Assembly (NCBI GenBank): GCA_963667785.2 | Contig: CAXXMU010000002.1 | Span: forward strand, 256,001-320,000 | Direction: 5' to 3' | Length of the DNA stretch: 64,000 bases | Source of the DNA: Alphaproteobacteria bacterium | GTDB lineage: Bacteria; Pseudomonadota; Alphaproteobacteria; UBA828 | Shown here: positions 57,206-64,000 of the stretch, one piece after another | Layout: each line of letters starts with the position of its first letter | Numbering within the stretch: the stretch's first letter is position 1 | Translations under genes and position numbers: made by a program | Notes under the pieces: generated by a model | The model's database searches: none | Seen by the model: only the letters and a program-made list of their open reading frames with translations | What the model was told of the DNA's origin: nothing

Positions 57206-60200
57206 ATGGCCCACGCCGATTTCGTCCATCTCAGGGTCCGCACCGCCTACTCGCTGCTGGAAGGCGCGATCAGGCTCGACGAGCTGGTCGAGACCTGCCG
57301 CGACTGGCGCATGCCGGCCTGCGCCATCGCCGACCGCGGCAACATGTTCGGCGCCCTCGCCTTCTCCGAGGCCTGCCGCGCGGCGGGCGTGCAGCCGATC
57401 GTCGGCTGCGACCTCGGGCTGGACTGCGGCACCGAGCAGCCAGGCCGGCAGGGCCGGGCGCCGTCGTGGCTGCTGCTGCTCGCCCAGGACGAGGCGGGCT
57501 ACGGCAACCTGATGGCGCTCACCAGCGACGCCTTTCTCGAGGGCGGCGACGGCGGGCAGCCGGCGGTGGCGCTGGAGGCGCTGGAGGCACGCGCAGACGG
57601 GCTGATCGCGCTCACCGGCGGCCCGGCCGGTCCGGTCGGGCGCCTCCTCCTCGACGGCCAGGTCAAGGCTGCGCGCACGCTGCTGGCGCAGCTCGCCGCC
57701 ATCTTCCCCGGCCGGCTCTATGTCGAGATCATGCGCCACGGGCTTGCGGAGGAGGAGCAGATCGAGCCGCATCTGATCGCGCTCGCCGACGAGCTCGAAC
57801 TGCCGCTGGTCGCCACCAACGACGCCTACTTCCTCCGCGAGGAGACCTACGAGGCCCACGACGCGCTCCTCTGCATCGCCCAGAACAGCCACGTCGAGGA
57901 CGAGAACCGGCGGCGACTGACCCCGCAGCACCGCTTCCGCCCTGCCGACGAGATGCGGGCGCTCTTCGCCGACCTGCCGGATGCGGTCGACAACAGCCTC
58001 GCCGTGGCTCGGCGCTGCGCCGTCATGGCGCCGACGCGGGAGCCGATCCTGCCGGTCTTCGACGCCGGCGGCGGGAGCGAGGCCGACGCGCTGCGGGCCC
58101 GGGCCGAGGAGGGGCTGGAGCGCCGGCTCGACGCCCAGGCCCGGCTCGCCGGGATGGACGAGACCGCGCGCGCGGCCGCGGCGGCGCCCTACCGCGAGCG
58201 CCTCGCCTACGAGCTCGGCGTCATCATCGAGATGCAGTTCGCCGGCTACTTCCTCATCGTCGCCGATATCGTGCACTGGGCGCGGGGGGAGGGGATCCCG
58301 GTCGGCCCCGGCCGCGGCTCGGGCGCGGGCTCCGTGGTGGCCTGGGCGCTGACCATCACCGATCTCGACCCGCTGCGCTTCGGCCTCCTGTTCGAGCGCT
58401 TCCTCAACCCCGAGCGGGTGTCGATGCCCGACTTCGACATCGACTTCTGCCCGGACCGCCGCGACCGGGTCATCGACTACGTGTGCCGGCGCTACGGCAA
58501 GGATCGCGTCGCCCAGATCATCACCTTCGGCACGCTCCAGGCCCGCGCTGCGCTGCGCGACGTGGGCCGCGTTCTGGGCCTCGGCTTCGGCCGCGTCGAC
58601 CGGCTGTGCAAGCTGGTGCCCTACAATCCGGCCAACCCGGTAACCCTGCAGCAGGCGCTGGATACCGAGCCCCGGCTCGCCGCAGAGCGCGACGGCGACC
58701 CGGCGGTGGCGCGCCTGATCGAGATATCGCTGCAGCTCGAGGGGCTGTACCGCCACGCCTCGACCCATGCCGCGGGCATCGTGATCGGCGACCGTTCGCT
58801 CAGCGAGCTGGTGCCGCTCTACCGCGACCCGCGCGCGGAGATGCCGGCGACGCAGTTCTCCATGAAGTACGCCGAGATGGCGGGGCTGGTGAAGTTCGAC
58901 CTGCTCGGCCTCAAGACGCTGACCGTGCTCGATCACGCTGAAACCATGCTGCGCGAGGCAGGTACCGATATCGACCTCGCCCAGATCCCGCTCGACGACG
59001 AGGCGACCTACGCGCTGCTGGGCAGCGGCGCCGCCATGGGCATCTTCCAGTTGGAGAGCGCCGGCATGAGGGACGCGCTGCGCAGCCTCAAGCCGGACTG
59101 CATCGAGGACATCATCGCCCTCGTCGCGCTCTATCGCCCCGGGCCGATGGACAACATTCCCCGCTACATCGCCTGTAAGCACGGCAGGGAGGAGCCCGAC
59201 TACCTGCACCCGATGCTGACGGGCATCCTGGAGGAGACCTTCGGCGTCATCATCTACCAGGAGCAGGTGATGGAGATCGCGAAGGTGCTCGCCGGCTACA
59301 GCCTGGGCTCGGCCGACCTCCTGCGCCGCGCCATGGGCAAGAAGATCAAGGCGGAGATGGACGCGCAGCGGGAGACGTTCGTGAACGGCGCGCTCGCGAA
59401 CGGCGTCGCGCAGCCGGATGCGATCAGGATCTTCGAGCTGGTGGCGAAGTTCGCGGGCTACGGCTTCAACAAGTCCCACGCCGCGGCCTACGCGCTGGTC
59501 GCCTACCAGACCGCCTACCTCAAGGCCAATCACCCGGTCGAGTTCCTGGCCGCCTCCATGAGCCTCGAGATCAACAACACCGACCGGCTGGAGCTCTTCC
59601 GCCGGGAGCTGGAGCGGCTCGGCATTCCTCTGCTGCCGCCCGACATCAACGCTTCGCGCCCGACCTTCGCTGTCGAGCGGCAGGGCGACGGCACCCAGGC
59701 GATCCGCTACGCGCTCGGCGCGATCAGGAACGTCGGCGTGCAGGCGATGGCGGCGCTCGCCGAGGAGCGGGCCGCGAACGGGCCCTATCGCGATCCCTTC
59801 GACCTCGCCGGCCGCGTCGATCCGCAGCAGATCAACCGCCGCTTGATCGAGAACCTGGCGAAAGCGGGCGCCTTCGACAGCCTGACTCCGAACCGCCGCC
59901 AGGTGGCGGACGGCGCCGACGTGCTGCTCGCCTTCTCCGGCGCGGCGCGGCACGGGCGCGAGCAGGCATCGCTCTTCGACGGCGACGATGCGGCGCTCGC
60001 GCCCCGGCCGAGCCTGCCGTCGCAGGAGGAGTGGGACCAGAACGAGAAGCTGGCCGCCGAGTACGAGGCGGTCGGCTTCTATCTCTCCGCCCATCCGCTG
60101 GATTCCTACGAGGCGGCGCTCGCGGGCCTCTCGATCACGCCCGCCGCGCAGGTGGCGCAGCAGGCCAGGGAAGGGGTCACGCGCTTCCGCCTGGCGGGCG

Positions 60201-60676
60201 TGGTGCTGTCGGTCAGGGAGCGCGGGCCCGGCTCGCGGCGCTACGCCTTCATCCAGCTCTCCGACCCGAGCGGCAGCTTCGAGGTGGCGGCCTTCCGCGA
60301 GACCTACGGCGACGGCCGCGGCATGCTCGAGCCGGGCCGGCACGTCATGGTCACCGCCCAGGCCCGCATCGAGGGCGAGGAGGTCAAGCTCTCGGCGCAG
60401 AGCTTCGACGACCTGGATGCCCGGCTGGCGCGCGGCATGAGCGGGCTCGCGGTGTACCTGGACGACCCGGCCGCGCTGGAGCCGCTGGACGCGCTCCTCG
60501 CCGCCCGCTCGGCGGGCAGCGGCCGCATCGCGCTCTTCGTCGAGACCGGCGAGGCCTGCACCGTGGAGATCGAGCTGCCGGGCGCCTACGAGATGAGCCC
60601 CGCGCTCGGCAGCGAGATCGCAGCGCTCGCCGGGGTCTCGTCGGTCCGCGAGCTCGCGCCGACCCGCGCCGGCTGA
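57206..60676 (+). CDS. dnaE: DNA polymerase III alpha subunit
   Basis: FVHLRV..AYSLLEG, VGPGRGSGAGS, FERFLNPERVSMPDFDIDF, YGFNKSH, OB fold. No intein-sized insert. Confidence 0.97.
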   Translation: MAHADFVHLRVRTAYSLLEGAIRLDELVETCRDWRMPACAIADRGNMFGALAFSEACRAAGVQPIVGCDLGLDCGTEQPGRQGRAPSWLLLLAQDEAGYGNLMALTSDAFLEGGDGGQPAVALEALEARADGLIALTGGPAGPVGRLLLDGQVKAARTLLAQLAAIFPGRLYVEIMRHGLAEEEQIEPHLIALADELELPLVATNDAYFLREETYEAHDALLCIAQNSHVEDENRRRLTPQHRFRPADEMRALFADLPDAVDNSLAVARRCAVMAPTREPILPVFDAGGGSEADALRARAEEGLERRLDAQARLAGMDETARAAAAAPYRERLAYELGVIIEMQFAGYFLIVADIVHWARGEGIPVGPGRGSGAGSVVAWALTITDLDPLRFGLLFERFLNPERVSMPDFDIDFCPDRRDRVIDYVCRRYGKDRVAQIITFGTLQARAALRDVGRVLGLGFGRVDRLCKLVPYNPANPVTLQQALDTEPRLAAERDGDPAVARLIEISLQLEGLYRHASTHAAGIVIGDRSLSELVPLYRDPRAEMPATQFSMKYAEMAGLVKFDLLGLKTLTVLDHAETMLREAGTDIDLAQIPLDDEATYALLGSGAAMGIFQLESAGMRDALRSLKPDCIEDIIALVALYRPGPMDNIPRYIACKHGREEPDYLHPMLTGILEETFGVIIYQEQVMEIAKVLAGYSLGSADLLRRAMGKKIKAEMDAQRETFVNGALANGVAQPDAIRIFELVAKFAGYGFNKSHAAAYALVAYQTAYLKANHPVEFLAASMSLEINNTDRLELFRRELERLGIPLLPPDINASRPTFAVERQGDGTQAIRYALGAIRNVGVQAMAALAEERAANGPYRDPFDLAGRVDPQQINRRLIENLAKAGAFDSLTPNRRQVADGADVLLAFSGAARHGREQASLFDGDDAALAPRPSLPSQEEWDQNEKLAAEYEAVGFYLSAHPLDSYEAALAGLSITPAAQVAQQAREGVTRFRLAGVVLSVRERGPGSRRYAFIQLSDPSGSFEVAAFRETYGDGRGMLEPGRHVMVTAQARIEGEEVKLSAQSFDDLDARLARGMSGLAVYLDDPAALEPLDALLAARSAGSGRIALFVETGEACTVEIELPGAYEMSPALGSEIAALAGVSSVRELAPTRAG

Positions 60677-60723
60677 GCGGCGCTCGCGCTCTTCCGCGCT
60701 CTCGGGCACGGGCCGCTCGGGCC

Positions 60724-60752
60724 TTGCGCGCCGGGGGCAGCGGCGCTATCAA
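60724..60752 (+). promoter_or_regulatory. putative sigma70 promoter of rpsB-tsf
   Basis: TTGCGC-N17-TATCAA. Confidence 0.6.
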
Positions 60753-60774
60753 GCCCGCACCTGCCTAGGGCAGG

Positions 60775-60870
60775 AATTCACACGCGGAAGACGGCACCCC
60801 ATGGCGTGCCGATCCGGTGCCCGGCCAGACCGGGGCATGATCCGCGGAGGACGAACCGGAGAAAGGACGA
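60775..60870 (+). promoter_or_regulatory. putative rpsB (S2) autoregulatory leader
   Basis: Structured 5' UTR: CACACGCGGA...GGCAC-CCCATGGC-GTGCC hairpin...TCCGCGGAGG. CCGGT(60835) and ACCGG(60856) are complementary. Position matches known S2 leaders. Confidence 0.5.
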
Positions 60871-60873
60871 CCA

Positions 60874-61905
60874 ATGGCTCTGCCAGAGTTCACCATGCGC
60901 CAGCTTCTCGAAGCCGGCGTGCATTTTGGGCATCAGACCAGACGCTGGAATCCGAAGATGCGCCCCTACCTGTTCGGCGCGCGGAACGGCGTTCACGTCA
61001 TCGACCTGCAGCAGACGGTGCCGCTGCTCCATCAGGCGCTGGTGGCGCTGCGCGACGCTGCCGCGGGCGGCGGGCGCATCCTGTTCGTCGGGACCAAGCG
61101 CCAGGCGTCCCGGCCAATCGCCGACACGGCGCGCCGCTGTGGCCAGTACTACGTCAACCACCGCTGGCTCGGCGGGATGCTGACGAACTGGAAGGCCATA
61201 TCGGGCTCGATCAAGACGCTGGCCGACCTGGAGGCCACGCTCGCCGACGAATCCGCCGGCCTGACCAAGAAGGAGATGCTGCAGCTCGTGCGGCGGCGCA
61301 ACAAGCTGGAGCTCGCGCTCGGCGGCATCCGCGAGATGGGCGGCGTGCCCGACCTGCTGGTGGTCATCGACACCAACAAGGAGGACATCGCGATCCTGGA
61401 GGCGCGCAAGCTGGGAATCCCGGTCGTCGCCATCATCGACAGCAACTGCGACCCGGACCTCATCACCTATCCGGTTCCCGGCAACGACGACGCGATCCGC
61501 GCGATCAACCTCTACTGCGACCTGTTCGCGCGCGCGATCATCGACGGCCTGCAGGAGGAGCTCGCCGCCTCGGGCGCCGATATCGGCGCCGCCGAGGAAG
61601 GGCTGGCCGAGAACCTGCCGCCGGCCGAAGGGGATGGGCCGAAGGAGTCGCCGGCCGAGGCGGAGACGCCCGCCGCGGCGGACGCGCCCGTTGCGGCCGA
61701 GGAGGCGTCTGCGGCCGAGGAGGCGCCTGCGACGCCCGCGGATACGCCTGCCGCTGCCGACGGGGCCTCGGAGGGGGCGCCGCCACCGGAGGCCGAGGCC
61801 GCAGCCGATGCGCCCGCCGAGGCGGAAACCGCAGCTGAAGCGCCTGCCGATGCGCCCGCAGAAGCGCCGGAGGGCGGCGACAAGGAACTGGCGGCGGGCG
61901 CGTGA
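60874..61905 (+). CDS. rpsB: 30S ribosomal protein S2 with long acidic C-terminal extension
   Basis: [38 protein letters not shown]. Confidence 0.97.
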   Translation: MALPEFTMRQLLEAGVHFGHQTRRWNPKMRPYLFGARNGVHVIDLQQTVPLLHQALVALRDAAAGGGRILFVGTKRQASRPIADTARRCGQYYVNHRWLGGMLTNWKAISGSIKTLADLEATLADESAGLTKKEMLQLVRRRNKLELALGGIREMGGVPDLLVVIDTNKEDIAILEARKLGIPVVAIIDSNCDPDLITYPVPGNDDAIRAINLYCDLFARAIIDGLQEELAASGADIGAAEEGLAENLPPAEGDGPKESPAEAETPAAADAPVAAEEASAAEEAPATPADTPAAADGASEGAPPPEAEAAADAPAEAETAAEAPADAPAEAPEGGDKELAAGA

Positions 61906-61934
61906 GCGCGCCTCACACCGGGGAGTAGCGAACG

Positions 61935-62861
61935 ATGGCTCAGATCACGGCCGCGCTGGTCAAGCAGCTACGCGACAAGACCGGCGCCGGCATGATGGAT
62001 TGCAAGAAGGCGCTGACCGAGACCGGCGGCGACCTGGAGGCGGCGGTCGACTGGCTGCGCAAGACCGGCCTCGCCCAGGCCCAACGCAAGGCCGGCCGCA
62101 CCGCGGCCGAAGGGCTGATCGGGATGGCCTCGGGCCCGGGCAGGGCTGCGCTGGTCGAGATCAACGCCGAGACCGACTTCGTGGCCCGGAACGGCGATTT
62201 CCAGACCGTGGTGCGCGAGGTCGCCCGGATCGCGCTCGACTGCGATGGCGACCTCGACCGTCTGTCCCAGGCGCCTTACCCGGAGACCGGCCGCACCGTC
62301 GCCGAGGAGATCACCAATCTCGTCGCCACCATCGGCGAGAACATCCAGCTCAGGCGGACCGCGGTGCTCTCCGTGCCGGCCGGCGTCGTCGGCCACTACG
62401 TGCACATGGCCGCGACCGAGGGGCTGGGAAGGCTCGGCACGCTGGTCGCCCTCGAATCGCCGGCGCCGGCCGAGAGCCTGGAACGTCCGGCCCATCAGCT
62501 CGCCATGCACGTCGCAGCCGCGAGCCCGCAGGCGGTCTCGCGCGAGGCGCTCGATCAGGCGACGGTCGAGCGCGAGCGCGCCGTGCTGGCCGAGCAGGCG
62601 CGCGCCGAGGGCAAGCCCGAGAAGATCATCGAGAAGATGATCGAGGGCAGGCTGCGGAAATTCTTCGAGGATGTCGTTCTGCTCGAGCAGACCTGGGTCA
62701 TCGACGGCGAGAGCCGGGTGAAGGCGGTGCTGGACGAGCTGGCCGGAACGCTCGATGCGCCGGTGACCGTGACCGGGTTCGTCCGCTACCAGCTCGGCGA
62801 GGGGATCGAGCGGGAGAGCACGGACTTCGCGGCCGAGGTCGCCGCGCAGCTCGGCTCCTGA
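61935..62861 (+). CDS. tsf: elongation factor Ts
   Basis: [37 protein letters not shown]. Confidence 0.97.
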   Translation: MAQITAALVKQLRDKTGAGMMDCKKALTETGGDLEAAVDWLRKTGLAQAQRKAGRTAAEGLIGMASGPGRAALVEINAETDFVARNGDFQTVVREVARIALDCDGDLDRLSQAPYPETGRTVAEEITNLVATIGENIQLRRTAVLSVPAGVVGHYVHMAATEGLGRLGTLVALESPAPAESLERPAHQLAMHVAAASPQAVSREALDQATVERERAVLAEQARAEGKPEKIIEKMIEGRLRKFFEDVVLLEQTWVIDGESRVKAVLDELAGTLDAPVTVTGFVRYQLGEGIERESTDFAAEVAAQLGS

Positions 62862-62889
62862 GCGCCCGCCCGCAACGCTGGAGCCCGCC

Positions 62890-63615
62890 ATGACAGCCCT
62901 TCCCGCCTTCAGGCGCATCCTGCTCAAGATCTCGGGCGAGGCGCTGAGGGGGGATGCGCCCTACGGCATCGACGGGGAGGCGGTAGAGCGGCTGGCCGGC
63001 GAGATCGCCGAGGTCCACGAACGCGGCGTCGAGGTCTGCGCCGTGGTCGGCGGCGGCAACATCTTCCGCGGCTCGTCCGACGACGCGGCCGGCATGGAAC
63101 GGGCGACCGCCGACTACATCGGCATGCTGGCGACGGTGATGAACGCCGTTGCCATGCAGCACGCGCTGGAGCGGCTGGGCAAGGCGACGCGGGTCCTCTC
63201 GGCGCTGCCGATCGCGCCGGTCTGCGAGCCCTACATCCGCCGGCGCGGGCAGCGCCACCTGGAGAAGGGGCGGATCGTCCTCTTCGCCGGCGGCACCGGC
63301 AATCCCTTCTTCACCACCGATACGGCGGCCGCGCTCAGGGCGGCGGAGATGGGCTGCGACGCGCTGCTCAAGGGAACCAAGGTCGATGGCGTCTATGCCG
63401 CCGATCCCGAGGTCGATGCCGGCGCCTCGCGCTTCGAGCGGCTCTCCTACATGGACGTGCTGTCCAAGGACCTGAAGGCCATGGACGCGTCGGCGATCTC
63501 GCTGGCGCGCGAGAATGCGATTCCGATTGTGGTATTCTCCATCCGTCGGAAGGGCGGACTTGCCGCCGTGCTGGACGGCAACGGGCCCTTCACCGTCATC
63601 TCCGACGAGGGCTGA
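62890..63615 (+). CDS. pyrH: UMP kinase
   Basis: [37 protein letters not shown]. Confidence 0.97.
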   Translation: MTALPAFRRILLKISGEALRGDAPYGIDGEAVERLAGEIAEVHERGVEVCAVVGGGNIFRGSSDDAAGMERATADYIGMLATVMNAVAMQHALERLGKATRVLSALPIAPVCEPYIRRRGQRHLEKGRIVLFAGGTGNPFFTTDTAAALRAAEMGCDALLKGTKVDGVYAADPEVDAGASRFERLSYMDVLSKDLKAMDASAISLARENAIPIVVFSIRRKGGLAAVLDGNGPFTVISDEG

Positions 63616-63619
63616 CGCG

Positions 63620-64000
63620 ATGGCCGATCCTGACCTTGACGACCTTGAACGCCGCATGAACGGCGCCGTCGAGGTCCTGCGGAGGGAGCTGGCAGGGCTG
63701 CGGACCGGGCGCGCGTCGCTGAGCCTGCTGGAGCCCATCACCGTCGAGGCCTACGAGACGGAGATGCCGCTCAACCAGCTCGCCACCATCAACATACCGG
63801 AGCCCCGCATGCTCACCGTCCAGGTCTGGGACCGGAGCCAGGTGAAGGCGGTGGAGAGGGCGATCCGCTCGTCGGATCTCGGGCTCAACCCGATCGTCGA
63901 CGGCCAGTCGCTCCGCATCCCGATTCCGGAGCTGAACGAGGAACGCCGCCGCGAACTCGCCAAAATTGCCGCGAAGTATGCCGAGCAGGCCAAGGTGGCG
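63620..64000 (+). CDS. frr: ribosome recycling factor (partial, runs off the right edge)
   Basis: Manual translation [33 protein letters not shown]...[23 protein letters not shown]. Confidence 0.95.
   Translation, partial: MADPDLDDLERRMNGAVEVLRRELAGLRTGRASLSLLEPITVEAYETEMPLNQLATINIPEPRMLTVQVWDRSQVKAVERAIRSSDLGLNPIVDGQSLRIPIPELNEERRRELAKIAAKYAEQAKVA

Noticed and set aside
57206-58000. Missing metal ligands in the DnaE PHP domain
   Set aside because: This is normal for proteobacterial DnaE, where proofreading is supplied by DnaQ.
57161-60709. 1182-aa antisense ORF over dnaE, and other long shadow ORFs (e.g. 34725..37943, 24640..27627, 13583..16423, 20106..22442)
   Set aside because: They mirror real genes in high-GC codon-biased DNA where off-frame stops are rare. 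Translations are Arg/Gly/Ala/His-rich with no family motifs.

Overview
High-GC (about 70% by eye) alphaproteobacterial chromosome segment, probably Rhodospirillales-like, judged from class I LysRS, the dnaE-rpsB-tsf-pyrH-frr order and the betI/choXWV layout. It is almost fully coding, with about 54 genes. The right end is core: tatABC, rpmG, dnaE, rpsB-tsf-pyrH-frr. The rest is mostly accessory nutrient scavenging: an amidohydrolase-PhyH-glyA unit; a BetI-regulated choline module with no betB but with frmA downstream; a ~17 kb catabolic block with two hydantoinase/oxoprolinase A/B pairs, a ThDP decarboxylase, a levoglucosan-dehydrogenase-like enzyme and a peptide ABC importer; and a Liv-type ABC importer. 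I saw no rRNA, tRNA, CRISPR, integrase or transposase. Best candidates for something new: (1) a dinG-tauD-(R)-amine transaminase run ending in a divergent GroEL paralogue with no groES; (2) a lone low-GC coiled-coil/2TM gene at 3223-4272; (3) the double-hydantoinase block; (4) several enzymes with altered catalytic motifs (adenine-deaminase-like, acetoacetate-decarboxylase-like). Family calls rest on motifs recognised by eye and reference sequences recalled from memory; no database search was run.
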